64,000 bases of DNA from Eledone cirrhosa (taxonomy: Eukaryota), in assembly GCA_964016885.1 (NCBI GenBank), contig OZ024741.1:404426001-404490000 (forward strand). Direction: 5' to 3'. This document shows, in pieces, positions 11,810 to 24,522 of the stretch. Below the pieces are notes generated by a model. That model did not search any database. It had not been told where the DNA came from and was given only the letters and a program-made list of their open reading frames with translations. Each line of letters opens with the position of its first letter. Position 1 is the first letter of the stretch. The position numbers and the translations under genes were made by a program.

Positions 11810-11975
11810 GGGGAGTAAAACCACTCCGCAGTAACGTCGATTTCGATTGTTATTTTATTTTATATATAGTTTATTGTTGTTTGTTAATGTTAAAGTTATA
11901 TAAATGTATATACCCCCCCCCCCCGTTATGTCTTGTAAGGTCCCTTGTACGCCCAAGTGGAAAATAAAGAAATCT
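11810..11975 (+). mobile_element. Probable 3' UTR fragment of a related Tx1 family
   Basis: Ends ...GTCCCTTGTACGCCCAAGTGGAAAATAAAGAAA followed by (TCTA)n, like the other Tx1 ends. Confidence 0.5.
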
Positions 11976-11995
11976 ATTTATCTATCCATCTATCC

Positions 11996-12032
<37 letters not shown>

Positions 12033-12191
12033 CATATATATATCTATAGTGTATCTAAAAAAATGTATACACATATTTATTAGAGTGTGTATACATATTT
12101 GGAGGACACCCTGTATATATCTAAAAACCTATCTATCTCTCCACCCTCTCTCTAGCTATATATAGATATATATATATATATATATATATGT

Positions 12192-12575
12192 ATAATATAA
12201 AATAAAAAAGATGGTTAAAAGAGTTCCATGTATTTTATTATGCGCATTTCAAAAACAAATATTTTCATGGGATGATATTTGCGTTCTCATCAGATAAGAT
12301 AGGAAGACATGATATGAAGCTTAAAAAACATTGCAAGCAGTGAAGTGTTAAATCGACATATGAAAAATAAAATAAGATGGATATATGAGATTGGAAAAAA
12401 GGAGTAAAAGGGGGAAGGAAAAGGTAAGGAAGATTTTATATTGTTTATTGATTTTATATTATTTATCGATTTTATATTATTTATTGATTTTATATTATTT
12501 ATACTCCAGTCCTATAAACTTTTGTTATTTCTGTTTACTTTTTACATACATACATATATACATACATATATACAT

Positions 12576-12615
<40 letters not shown>

Positions 12616-12747
12616 AGATCAAAAGATGGTTAAAGGAGTTCCATGTATTTTATTATGCGCATTTCAAAAAAAAACATCATCATGCAATGATATTTGTGTT
12701 TTCATCAGATAAAACAGGAGAACATGATATGAAGGCTAAAAAACACT

Positions 12748-12748
<1 letters not shown>
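12192..12748. mobile_element. Family C pLTR fragments (two minus-strand HHR copies) and a chimeric family C/E end
   Basis: TTTTATTATGCGCATTTC...TCATCAGATAA at ~12232-12297 and ~12647-12714. Confidence 0.8.
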
Positions 12749-12801
<53 letters not shown>

Positions 12802-12819
12802 CGTGTGTGTGTATGAATG

Positions 12820-13022
12820 GACCTGTTATTTTTATCTAAAGACAATTTTTCCAATTTCAACCCGCCCGTCCCCTCAATCTATCTTATTTCTCATTCTTTC
12901 TTCTGATGAAGCACTAGCGTCCGAAACGTTAAGACTCTCTCCCTGCTATATGAAGCGTTAACCTAATATATACCTTTCATATACTGTACCGATTGTGTTG
13001 TTATTTCTGTTTACCTTTTACA
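12820..13022 (+). mobile_element. Family E PLE-type 3'-end fragment
   Basis: Reverse-complement homologues at 49748-49828 and 55653-55840; carries an HHR. Confidence 0.8.
12899..12934 (+). ncRNA. Minimal type-I hammerhead ribozyme (family E)
   Basis: TCTT-CTGATGA-A-G(C/G)AC-TAGC-GTCC-GAAA-CG-TT-AAGA with palindromic AACGTT; the copy at 55741-55776 (-) has a perfect GGAC/GTCC stem II. Confidence 0.8.
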
Positions 13023-13051
13023 TACATACATATATACATACATATATAGAT

Positions 13052-13089
<38 letters not shown>

Positions 13090-13097
<8 letters not shown>

Positions 13098-14490
13098 AGA
13101 TCAAAAGATGGTTAAAGGAGTTCCATGTATTTTATTATGCGCATTTCAAAAACAAACATCATCATGCAATAATATTTGTCTTTTCATCAGATAAAACAGG
13201 AGAACATGATATGAAGGCTAAAAAACACTTGTGGATAGTGCAGTTTTAAATCAACATATGAAAAGTAGTTTTAGATTGATGTGTGATATGGGGAAAAATA
13301 TTTTATTTAGAGAGGGGCGGGGGAAGGATGAAAAAAAGGGGAGGAGATGAGAGTGAAGGTGGAGAGGGAGAGATGGGTGATAGAGAGAAAGAGATAGTTT
13401 TTATAACTGAGAAAAGATATATTGTTTTACATAGAGAGTTTGAGAACCGTTGGAAGATAATGTATAAATTAAAAGAATTTGAAAATTAACGAAGGGAAAG
13501 AGAGGGAGTATTGAGATTAATGTATTGAGATTAAAAAGTTTGAACATAGAGAGAAAAAAATAATAATTGCGGATGAATATTCTAACGTCAAAAAGGTGTA
13601 TGTTTATAAGTATTATAGCAATTCCAAAATTAATTTTCAAATTTCAAATTCTTTTAATTTACACATTATCTTCCAACGGTTCTCAACCTCTCTATGTAAA
13701 ACAATATATCTTTTCTCAGTTATAAAAACTATCTCTTTCTCTCTATCACCCATCTCTCCCTCTCCACCTTCACTCTCATCTCCTCTCCTTTTTTCATCCT
13801 TCCCCCCCCCCTCTCTAAATAAAATAATTTTCCTCGTACATATTTTTCCCTTCGTTAATTTTCAAATTCTTTTAATTCATACATTATCTTCCAACGGTTC
13901 TCAACCTCTCTATGTAAAACAATATATCTTTTCTCAGTTATAAAAACTATCTCTTTCTCTCTATCACCCATCTCTCCCTCTCCACCTTCACTCTCATCTC
14001 CTCCCCTTTTTTCATCCTTTCCACCCCACTCTCTAAATAAAATAATTTTTCCTCGTACATATTTTTCCCTTCGTTAATTTTCAAATTCTTTTAATTTATA
14101 CATTATCTTCCAACGGTTTTCAACCTCTCTATGTAAAACAATATATCTTCTCTCAGTTATAAAAACTATCTCTTTCTCTCTATCACCCATCTCTCCCTCT
14201 CCACCTTTACTCTCATCTCCTCCCCTTTTTTTCATCCTTTCCACCACCCCCCTCTCTAAATAAAATATTTTTCCCAATATCACACATCAATCTAAAACTA
14301 CTTTTCATATGTTGATTTAAAACTGCACTATCCACAAGTGTTTTTTAGCCTTCATATCATGTTCTCCTGTTTTATCTGATGAAAAGACAAATATTATTGC
14401 ATGATGATGTTTGTTTTTGAAATGCGCATAATAAAATACATGGAACTCCTTTAACCATCTTTTGATCTTATATATTATGTATACTCCAGT

Positions 14491-14492
<2 letters not shown>
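13090..14492. mobile_element. Family C non-coding inverted insertion (two 3' ends head to head)
   Basis: Minus arm ~13090-13633, plus arm ~13630-14492, joined at TTAA; HHRs at 13130-13196 (-) and 14370-14436 (+); three ~220-bp sub-repeats. Confidence 0.9.
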
Positions 14493-14536
<44 letters not shown>

Positions 14537-16328
14537 GGAGGTGAGTTTTATTGTAGTACAATAAAGCAATGCAGATATCGGATAAGAAGCACTCTACAGT
14601 TTGTAGGACTGGAGTATACATAATATAAGATGAAAAGATGGTTAAAGGAGTTCCATGTATTTTATTATGCGCATTTCAAAAAAAAACATCATCATGCAAT
14701 AATATTTGTGTTTTCATCAGATAAAACAGGAGAACATGATATGAAGGCTAAAAAACACTTGTGGATAGTGCAGTTTTAAATTAACATATGAAAAGTGGTT
14801 TTAGATTGATGTGTGATATTGGGAAAAATATTTTATTTAGAGAGGGGGTGGGTGGAAAGGATGAAAAAGGGGAGGAGATGAGAGGGAGAGATGGGTGATA
14901 GAGAGAAAGAGATAGTTTTTATAACTGAGAGGAGATATATTGTTTTACATAGAGAGGTTGAGAACCGTTGGAAGATAATGTATAAATTAAAGGAATTTGA
15001 AAATTAACGAAGGGAATTTATGTATGAAGATAGAGAGAAAAAATAATAATTGTGGATGAATATTCTAACGTCAAAAAAAGTGTATGTTGATAAGTATTGT
15101 GGCAATTTCAAAATTAACGAAGAGAAAAATTATTAAGGTTTGTGTGTAGAAGGATTTGAGAAAAATAATGTGAAGTTAAAGTTTGTATATTGAAGGAATT
15201 GATAATATATGCGAATAAAGAGTTAATATGTATTAAGAATGAGTTCGTTGATGGGGAGAAAAAAATAATAAATTAAGGATGAAATTGAGATTAAAAAGAT
15301 TTATGATAGAGAGAAAAAATAATAATGATTGCGGATGAATATTCTAACGTCAAAAAAACAAATGTATATGTTATGAAGGATTTTACAAGGTGAAGATAGA
15401 ATGAGGGTAATGAGTAAACAAGTATTATAGAGTGTATAATGCCCTTTAAAGTAAGGTAGGAAGATGGGTATATTTTAAAGAGGTGTATGTATATGTGCCT
15501 TTGAGAAAAGATTCTAAATTGATAAAGAATTGAATATTAACTGTATACTTTGTGAAAAGTCCTATGGAATTTATGCAGGCAGATAGAAAACAAATCTGTA
15601 CGTCTATTTATTATAGAATCTAGGTTAGAGATAATGGTAAATTTTTCATTTAGGCAGAGATTACAGATTTTAGATAGAGAGCTGTTCAAGTATGAGGATG
15701 CAGAAGAAACCTTCTTCCAAAAGATGGTATATTTAATGTTTTTGTCTTTTAAGGACCATATGAGTTCTGAGAGAGCAGTGTTGGTTCTTTTAAGTTTGTA
15801 TTTGAAAGATGAATGATGATTATAGAGACGAACTTTAAAAGAGGTGGAAGTGGAGCCAAAATAGGTGAAGGAATTGGTGCTAGTTATAATTTTACATTCA
15901 TAAATTAAGTTTTTATCGAGACAATGGTTGTTGAGAGGACATTTATTTTTAATGCGGCAGTTGCAATTAGAGAGATTATTAATGAGTGACCTAGTGTTAT
16001 CTATAGAAGGAATTGGATTGGAGAAGTTGTTTGCGATAGGAATAATAGGAATAATAGTTTCTTGATTTAGAGTTGGATTATGAACATTTAGCGAAGTTGT
16101 GTTTGACGTTGTATTTGGGTTTACAGAAGTTAGCCTAGGGTTTACAATGACGTCGGGAGTACTATTACTGTTATTATGAAATTCAATGTTGGAAGGAAGA
16201 GATTTAGTATTTAGTATTTTATTGTTGTGTTTAGAGATGATGTTGGAAATATTGGAGGATGTAGAATAAGAAAATTTGATGGTGCACTATCCACAAGTGT
16301 TTTTTAGCCTTCATATCATGTTCGCCTG

Positions 16329-16395
16329 TTTTATCTGATGAAAACACAAATATTATTGCATGATGATGTTTGTTTTTGAAATGCGCATAATAAAA
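16329..16395 (+). ncRNA. Type-I hammerhead ribozyme in 5' pLTR (family C)
   Basis: Stem I TTTTAT/ATAAAA; CTGATGA; 12-bp stem II ACAAATATTATT/GATGATGTTTGT with GCAT loop; GAAA; palindromic ATGCGCAT; predicted cut after 16389. Confidence 0.9.
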
Positions 16396-16601
16396 TACAT
16401 GGAACTCCTTTAACCATCGTTTGATCCTATATTATGTATACTCCAGTCCTACAAACTGTAGAGTGCTTCTTATCCGATATCTGCATTGCTTTATTGTACT
16501 ACAATAAAACTCACCTCCTACATTAACTTGCTCCTTAACGGTTGAGCGCTTACTCTCATATCGGATACCTTTTGATGGTCCTTCACCTCTTCTTCTACAA
16601 C

Positions 16602-19004
16602 ATGGATTATTACAACATAACCAATTCAACTAAAGACATTCCTATACCTGGTAAATCTGAATTCACCAAACTTCTTATTGAAAAAACTGACTCCTTCGTA
16701 AGAAGACTTAGATGGACAGCCTATTTCTATGACCAGCGCCTAAAAGGGAACTTCCATACCAAAGAACATAACTTCCTCGATCATCTTTTTAATTCTAGAC
16801 GAAATCCCCCTTCCAACAAAAATCTAGTACAATTCGAGGAAGAATTAACTAAAATAATAAAAAATCTTAAATTCAAGAGATACCCTTACAAAGGACAAGA
16901 GCACCTTGTAAATCTCAAGAACACAATCTCTAACCTAAATTCCTCAAAAAATGTTTTAGTCCACTCTGACAAAACCAATAACTTATATGGTATTTCCAAG
17001 GATAATTATAACAACCTTATCCTAAAGGAACTTAGGAAAAAGTATCGTAAAACCAACCATGAAAATTTAGAATACATAAACCTTGAAGCCTCTGAGATTA
17101 TGTCAAAACTTGGCATTGAAAAAAAGACCGAACCATTCCTCCCAAGAACTCCGAGGATAAATCTCAAGGATCACAAAAACAATTTTCGCACTGAACTACC
17201 TGTTAGATTAATCGCCCCCTCTAAATCTGATCTGGGGGTTGTTAGTAAAGCCATCTTGGATAGAATTATCCCACAGGTTAGTTCTAATTGCTCTTCTTTG
17301 AACCTAAATTTATGGTTTGGTACTTCTGAGGTGATTGGCTGGTTCAACAAATTGGATAATAAAAACAAACTAAAATTTATTCAATTTGATATTGCCAGCT
17401 ACTATTCCTCCATTTCGCCTTCACTTCTCAATAATGCTCTATCTTTCGCACTTAAATATTCTGACATCACCACAGATGAACTTCACATCATCCTCACCGC
17501 ACGTAAAACCATCCTAGAGTTCAACAACGAATATTGGACCAGAGCCGATATCTCTAACAACTTCGACATCACAATGGGAGCATCCGATTCATCCCAATTG
17601 ACTGATTTAATTGGTATCTTCATTTTGAACTCTTTGAGTCGGAAAATTTCTCAACTTCGCGGTGGAATTTATCGTGACGATGGACTCTTTACTATCCTAA
17701 ATTGCAATATAGTTAACCTTAATATTATTAAGAACAATATACGTAATCTCTTTAACCAAAATAACCTAAAAATTGAATTTGATAATAGTATCAAACTAGC
17801 TAATTTCTTGGATGTATCTCTTAATCTTGACACTGGCCTATATTACCCTTACCATAAAAACAATGAGAACCTAAATTATATTAACTTTAAATCTAACCAT
17901 CCTACCAATATCAAGAATGCTATAGTTAGTAATATTGGAAAAAGAATATCTAACATATCCTCTAATAAAAACATCTTTGATGCTAACGCCAATTACTATA
18001 ATAACGCACTTTCTAAAGCCGGCTATCCAGATAAAATCAAATATAGTAAAGAAACAAATTCTAGAAAAACTTACAGTAGAATAATTAATCATGATCATTC
18101 CAATAATTTTAATAAAAGACCTAGATTCAAAAACATAATCTGGTATAATGCTCCATTCTCCATCTCTATTAATAACAATATTCCTAAATTATTTTTTAGT
18201 GCCTTAAATAAATGCTTCCCTCCCTCACATATCTATAGTAAAATATTTAACAAACACACCATCAAATTTTCTTATTCTACATCCTCCAATATTTCCAACA
18301 TCATCTCTAAACACAACAATAAAATACTAAATACTAAATCTCTTCCTTCCAACATTGAATTTCATAATAACAGTAATAGTACTCCCGGCGTCATTGTAAA
18401 CCCTAGGCTAACTTCTGTAAACCCAAATACAACGTCAAACACAACTTCGCTAAATGTTCATAATCCAACTCTAAATCAAGAAACTATTATTCCTATTATT
18501 CCTATCGCAAACAACTTCTCCAATCCAATTCCTTCTATAGATAACACTAGGTCACTCATTAATAATCTCTCTAATTGCAACTGCCGCATTAAAAATAAAT
18601 GTCCTCTCAACAACCATTGTCTCGATAAAAACTTAATTTATGAATGTAAAATTATAACTAGCACCAATTCCTTCACCTATTTTGGCTCCACTTCCACCTC
18701 TTTTAAAGTTCGTCTCTATAATCATCATTCATCTTTCAAATACAAACTTAAAAGAACCAACACTGCTCTCTCAGAACTCATATGGTCCTTAAAAGACAAA
18801 AACATTAAATATACCATCTTTTGGAAGAAGGTTTCTTCTGCATCCTCATACTTGAACAGCTCTCTATCTAAAATCTGTAATCTCTGCCTAAATGAAAAAT
18901 TTACCATTATCTCTAACCTAGATTCTATAATAAATAGACGTACAGATTTGTTTTCTATCTGCCTGCATAAATTCCATAGGACTTTTCACAAAGTATACAG
19001 TTAA
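16602..19004 (+). CDS. PLE polyprotein: reverse transcriptase + C-terminal GIY-YIG endonuclease (800 aa from this ATG)
   Basis: Uninterrupted ORF with FIQFDIASYYSSI, FDITMG, GIYRDDGL, NFLDV, then CNCR..CPL..CL, LIYECK..YFGST..FKVRLYNH, CNLCLNEK. The start codon could instead be 16575. Confidence 0.95.
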   Translation: MDYYNITNSTKDIPIPGKSEFTKLLIEKTDSFVRRLRWTAYFYDQRLKGNFHTKEHNFLDHLFNSRRNPPSNKNLVQFEEELTKIIKNLKFKRYPYKGQEHLVNLKNTISNLNSSKNVLVHSDKTNNLYGISKDNYNNLILKELRKKYRKTNHENLEYINLEASEIMSKLGIEKKTEPFLPRTPRINLKDHKNNFRTELPVRLIAPSKSDLGVVSKAILDRIIPQVSSNCSSLNLNLWFGTSEVIGWFNKLDNKNKLKFIQFDIASYYSSISPSLLNNALSFALKYSDITTDELHIILTARKTILEFNNEYWTRADISNNFDITMGASDSSQLTDLIGIFILNSLSRKISQLRGGIYRDDGLFTILNCNIVNLNIIKNNIRNLFNQNNLKIEFDNSIKLANFLDVSLNLDTGLYYPYHKNNENLNYINFKSNHPTNIKNAIVSNIGKRISNISSNKNIFDANANYYNNALSKAGYPDKIKYSKETNSRKTYSRIINHDHSNNFNKRPRFKNIIWYNAPFSISINNNIPKLFFSALNKCFPPSHIYSKIFNKHTIKFSYSTSSNISNIISKHNNKILNTKSLPSNIEFHNNSNSTPGVIVNPRLTSVNPNTTSNTTSLNVHNPTLNQETIIPIIPIANNFSNPIPSIDNTRSLINNLSNCNCRIKNKCPLNNHCLDKNLIYECKIITSTNSFTYFGSTSTSFKVRLYNHHSSFKYKLKRTNTALSELIWSLKDKNIKYTIFWKKVSSASSYLNSSLSKICNLCLNEKFTIISNLDSIINRRTDLFSICLHKFHRTFHKVYS

Positions 19005-20037
19005 TATTCAATTCTTTATCAATTTAGAATCTTTTCTCAAAGGCACATATACATACACCTCTTTAAAATATACCCATCTTCCTACCTTACTTTAAAGGGC
19101 ATTATACACTCTATAATACTTGTTTACTCATTACCCTCATTCTATCTTCACCTTGTAAAATCCTTCATAACATATACATTTGTTTTTTTGACGTTAGAAT
19201 ATTCATCCGCAATCATTATTATTTTTTCTCTCTATCATAAATCTTTTTAATCTCAATTTCATCCTTAATTTATTATTTTTTTCTCCCCATCAACGAACTC
19301 ATTCTTAATACATATTAACTCTTTATTCGCATATATTATCAATTCCTTCAATATACAAACTTTAACTTCACATTATTTTTCTCAAATCCTTCTACACACA
19401 AACCTTAATAATTTTTCTCTTCGTTAATTTTGAAATTGCCACAATACTTATCAACATACACTTTTTTTGACGTTAGAATATTCATCCACCATTATTATTT
19501 TTTCTCTCTATCTTCATACATAAATTCCCTTCGTTAATTTTCAAATTCCTTTAATTTATACATTATCTTCCAACGGTTCTCAACCTCTCTATGTAAAACA
19601 ATATATCTTTTTCTCAGTTATAAAAACTATCTCTTTCTCTCTATCACCCATCTCTCCCTCTCCACCTTCACTCTCATCTCCTCCCCCTTTTTTCATCCTT
19701 TCCACCCACCCCCTCCCTAAATAAAATATTTTTTCCTCGCACATATCCTCCCTTCCTTAATTTTCAAATTTTTTTAATTTATACATTATCTTCCAACGGT
19801 TTTCAACCTCTCTATGTAAAACAATATATCTCCTCTCAGTTATAAAAACTATCTCTTTCTCTCTATCACCCATCTTTCCCTCTCATCTCCTCCCCTTTTT
19901 CATCCTTTCCACCCCCACCCTCTCTAAATAAAATATTTTTCCCAATATCACACATCAATCTAAAACCACTTTTCATATGTTGATCTAAAACTGCACTATC
20001 CACAAGTGTTTTTTAGACTTCATATCATGTTCTCCTG

Positions 20038-20104
20038 TTTTATCTGATGAAAAGACAAATATTATTGCATGATGATGTTTGTTTTTGAAATGCGCATAAT
20101 AAAA
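20038..20104 (+). ncRNA. Type-I hammerhead ribozyme in 3' pLTR (family C)
   Basis: Same structure as 16329-16395; predicted cut after 20098. Confidence 0.9.
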
Positions 20105-20134
20105 TACATGGAACTCCTTTAACCATCTTTTGAT

Positions 20135-20194
<60 letters not shown>

Positions 20195-20199
<5 letters not shown>

Positions 20200-20575
20200 A
20201 AGGTCCTTGTAAGGTCCTTGGTACACTTAGGTATATTTTAAAAAAAGGAAAAGAATGACTTAATTTGTAGTTCTAAATAATTTGATTTATAATATAATAA
20301 TATGAGTTGGTACCGTGGATTGGCTGTATCGGTAGAGGGTCGGACGTCATGAATTGAAGCATAGAGTTACCTCCCTGTATGATCTGAGTTCAAATCCCGC
20401 CGAGGTTAGCTTTGCGTTTCATCCTTACGGGGTCGATAAAATAAAGTACCAGTAATACACTGGTATAATTGGTGGCCTTGTGCCAAAAGTAGAAACAATT
20501 ATTATAATATTATAAAATTAAATCAAATTATTTAGAACTACAAGTGAAGTCATTCTTTTCCTTTTTTTCAAATAT
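20195..20575. mobile_element. Fold-back element in (TA)n with a SINE at its centre
   Basis: AAAAAAGGAAAAGAATGACTT..TTGTAGTTCTAAATAATTTGATTTA (~20240-20289) is inverted at ~20519-20568; the left arm is longer. Confidence 0.7.
20303..20503 (+). mobile_element. tRNA-derived SINE (Nin/Deu-like)
   Basis: Matches the family consensus. Confidence 0.9.
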
Positions 20576-20670
20576 ATATATATATATATATTTGAGTCTA
20601 AAGGCCGCTAATCACTCGAAATTGCGTCACTCGACCTTAAATACAGTGTGTATCTCTGATCAAATTATCG

Positions 20671-20714
<44 letters not shown>

Positions 20715-21193
20715 GTTCGAAGATAATTGAAATATTAATTTTTGAAATGGCAAGAAGCAGCATAAAATATATTTCTTTATGACTCAAATTCTTTAGAAGA
20801 TACGATCTACGATGCCAAAAATGTGATATAATCGTTAGATAATAGAATTCTAAAGGAAATAGTAAAGTAGTTATGTTGAAGAGAAAGTCTGAGAATTACA
20901 TTATGTCATAAAGACTGTCATGAAATTCTTAAAATGTCGTATGTTCATTTCTATTTGCAATATTATAAACTCACTGCACTACATTAAATAATCTAGGCTA
21001 GGAAGATAGAAGTAGTATTGATTATATTGGAAATGTCTAGCAAATAATATATATCTAATTGCATCAACAACCAAAGTACTAATTAGATATTTATGTTTCC
21101 TAGTTATGTGAAAGTTTGATTAGTAATTTAATTATATAATTTCGAACGTGATTTTTAAAAAATACATCAATTCCATAAACACAAACACACAAT

Positions 21194-21355
<162 letters not shown>

Positions 21356-21356
21356 T

Positions 21357-21555
21357 GGGGAAAGAATTAGAAACCCGACGGCTGAGCTCCGGCCGTTTTG
21401 ACAGCTAGATCCGAGCGTTCGGATCTAGCTGTCGAAACGGCCGGAGCTCAGCCGTCGGGGTCCTGACTTTTTCCTATTACCCACTCTACCACCATATATG
21501 TCGAGTACTCTGCTGCGTTATAGTCCGCCTGGTTCCTTACCACACTTTCTTTGTT
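21357..21555. mobile_element. Family B fold-back (diverged subfamily; short left arm, long right arm)
   Basis: CCCGACGGCTGAGCTCCGGCCG...AGATCCGA-GCGT-TCGGATCT...GAAACGGCCGGAGCTCAGCCGTCGGGG. Confidence 0.85.
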
Positions 21556-21686
21556 ATACACACACACACACACACACACTTATATATATATATATAACAT
21601 GTAGTTTCCCCGGTTATGTGTGAGGATAACCACAGTTCAAAAAGTTACTCAATGCATTGTTAACCCATTGGCATCTTTATTATATA

Positions 21687-21870
21687 TGGGCGATGGCAGT
21701 GTCGGTAGACGATCGGACGCCATGCTTTGCAGCAGAAGGTTACTATCTTTTATGATCTGAGTTCAAATCCCGGCGAGGTTAACTTTCATCCTTACGCGGT
21801 CGATAGAATAAAGTACCAGTAATATACTGGGGTAATTGCTGAACTTGTGCCAAATGTAGAAACAATTATA
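21687..21870 (+). mobile_element. tRNA-derived SINE (Nin/Deu-like)
   Basis: Matches the family consensus. Confidence 0.85.
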
Positions 21871-22032
21871 TATATAGAAAGAGAGATATGTCTTCACATC
21901 TTGAAGAAATAATTTTTATACATGTATGTATAATATCTATCAATGAATCTATCTATCTATCTATCTGTCTATCTATCTAGCTATCTGTCTACCTATCTAT
22001 CTATCTCCCCCTCTCTCTCCCTTTATGTATAG

Positions 22033-22224
22033 GATCGCTCGACTTTCGTCAAAGCGGACTGAAGAAGCAATATTTCCGTTGGTCTTTCCAATTGCTAATA
22101 CTATCTATCGGTCGCAACTGCAGTTAGAAGGAGCAACGTGAAACAAAGTGTCTTGCCTAATGACATAACGCATCGCCCGGTCTGGGAATCGAACTCACAA
22201 CCTCAAGATTGTGAATCCAATTCT

Positions 22225-22225
<1 letters not shown>
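22033..22225 (-). mobile_element. Second tRNA-derived SINE family (Meta/V-like domain)
   Basis: Reverse complement of 29502-29716, including the GTCCTTGAACAAGACACTTTATTTCACGTTGCTCC-type domain. Confidence 0.8.
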
Positions 22226-22277
<52 letters not shown>

Positions 22278-22278
<1 letters not shown>

Positions 22279-23083
22279 TAGCAGCAGTACCCAGCGTTGC
22301 CTGGGTAGGTAAAATAATATCTGCTTTGATGAAAAGGTGTTAGTCTTAGCGACTGCTTCTCAATGACATCTATGGCCACACACAGGCCATGCGGGGGAGG
22401 GTGGTGATTACCTCTATAACTGAGAAACGTGGGTGACACACGAAGTGGCATGCTGGGGGAATGAGTTTCGAATTTGAACGAAATCGGTTGAAAAGTGTGG
22501 GAGCTAGAGCTCAAAAGGTGGAAATATGAGCGAAAAGGTGGTATGTTTGAATAATTAAGCGGCTGCCACGCCGTTCCTGAACAAAAAATGCAAAATGTAA
22601 AACCATTTTAAGACGTGAAATAATCAGATCTAGCGTAGTGTAAAATTTGAACAAAGTAGGTTGGTGTATGTGGGAGCTAGAGCCGAAAAAGTGGAAATTT
22701 GAGTCTAAAAGTGGTATTTTTGAATATTTAAGCGGCTGACACGCCGTTCCCGAACAACAAATTTAAAATATAAAGCCATTACAAGATGTGCAATGATAAA
22801 TTCTATTTTGCTTTAAAATTTGAACGAAATCGGTGGCAAAATGTGAGAGCTAGAACCAAAGATCTTATTTTTCGATACCTAAAAAAAGTGACGCCCCCTA
22901 TCGATTTTTATCTGCAGAATGACCCAGGAATAAAAAAAACGATACGCTGATATTTAGAAAACATTCCCCGATGACTAATCTATGAGAGTGTAAAGATTCA
23001 TGAAAATCGGTCGCAAGGTGTAGGCCCCTATAGGTAATACATAGACATACACACGCACATACTTAATTTTATATATATACAGA
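22278..23083 (-). mobile_element. Non-autonomous Helitron
   Basis: Minus strand begins TCTGTATATATATAAAA and ends CCCAGGCAACGCTGGG (hairpin)...CTAG; inserted between A and T; internal ~176-bp sub-repeats. Confidence 0.8.
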
Positions 23084-23289
23084 TATATATATAAATATGT
23101 GTGTGTATGGCGCAGAACAAAATACCTGTTGATAACGTGACATTCCTTGTTCGATCATTATACCAAAAGCTTATGGTTTTAAGCAGACAGTATTACTGAT
23201 TTAGGGGTCATAGAAACCCTGTATTTGGATTTTACTATCAATTCCTTTGGGTCCAGGTTTGTTATATAGATATGTGTATATGTATATAT

Positions 23290-23521
23290 ATATATATATG
23301 TGTGTATGATTTTATCATTTATTTTGTCTGACCTGTTTAGCTTGACTTGTTTTTTGGCTTAGGTGGTTAATGCCTTCTTGACCGCCTTCTTAGGTTGTAT
23401 GGTGTTTATAACATATGTTTAGCTCTGGTTTTTTAAACTATGGAGCGCTTGCCTGCATGACTCTGAATTTGCGTTACGTTTCGCTTTTTCTACCCACCGA
23501 AATGCGATTCTCGCTAAATTT
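23290..23521 (+). mobile_element. Family I (TA)n-flanked repeat ending CCGAAATGCGATTCTCGCTAA
   Basis: Homologues at 27722-27957 (+) and 40500-40680 (-), all ending at (TA)n. Confidence 0.7.
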
Positions 23522-23835
23522 ATATTTATATGTGTATGTATATATATATATAGAGAAAGTGAGATAGAGAGAGAGAGAGGAAGAATAAGTAGAATCGAAA
23601 TTAGTGTTGCAACATATGTACGAACCTTAGCTTAATAAAATTGCTTTCATATCGATCAGCTCAGGACCCGACACTTCCCCGGCATTTCTTCAGACATGTG
23701 ACCTTGTTTGTGCAAAGAGACAGCTGAACTGCACACGATACCCACCTTAACTCTGGAATATAACACGAGACTGATCTCGTAACAGCAGTGAATGTATCGA
23801 ACGCCTGCTATAAAGGTAGTTACACAAGTAACTAT

Positions 23836-23895
<60 letters not shown>

Positions 23896-23919
23896 TGTGT
23901 GTGTGTGTTTGTGTGTGTT

Positions 23920-23950
<31 letters not shown>

Positions 23951-24174
23951 ATGTGTGTGTGTATATGTATGTATGTTTGTATATTTAAAACGACAACAGA
24001 AGGCCGTACTGCAAGAGAGGGTGTACATTTTACTTCCGTGAAATTACTATACATATTTCAAAGGCCCAGCTCCATCATCCATTTATGATGCAGAACGATC
24101 TCATTAGGTGACTTCAACAGAATTACAAAACAGGGTTACGTTGAACCCATACTTATATATATATATATATCACA

Positions 24175-24402
24175 CCCTCCCACTACAAAGTGGTCGTGAA
24201 GGTGCCACGGCAAAAAAGCACCCAGCACTCACTGTAAATGAGGTTGGTGTTAGGAATGGCGTCCAGCTGTAGAAATCAAGCCAAAATCAGTTCCTGTATG
24301 AGCAAGGCATGGTCAGCCGAGCAGACACTGCCCACAACAGGACAACCCGTCTAACCCATGCTACCATGGAAGAACGGACGTAAAACGGTGATGATGATGA
24401 TA
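24175..24402 (+). mobile_element. SINE/LINE-type 3' end with (TGA)n tail
   Basis: ...CTAACCCATGCTACCATGGAAGAACGGACGTAAAACGGTGATGATGATGA. Confidence 0.55.
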
Positions 24403-24403
24403 T

Positions 24404-24522
24404 AGTAATAATAGTAATAATAATAAATTTGAAGACTAAAATCCAAAGATAAGGATAAATATATGTGAATTAATATATGTGAAAGTAGCGATTGTTTGCT
24501 TAAACTTTAATCTGTTATTTTA

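Larger units (their letters stand above)
14533..20138. mobile_element. Full-length family C PLE (Hydra-clade-like) with direct pLTRs and a 1.75-kb inverted 3' copy
   Basis: Minus arm 14533-16284 mirrors ~18257-20138 plus tail; plus arm has pLTR 16283-16430 repeated at ~19992-20138; (TA)n on both sides. Confidence 0.95.

Noticed and set aside
15634-15816. Identical 60-aa ORFs at 15634 (+) and 18725 (-), and similar mirrored ORF pairs elsewhere
   Set aside because: Antisense by-products of the inverted arms.
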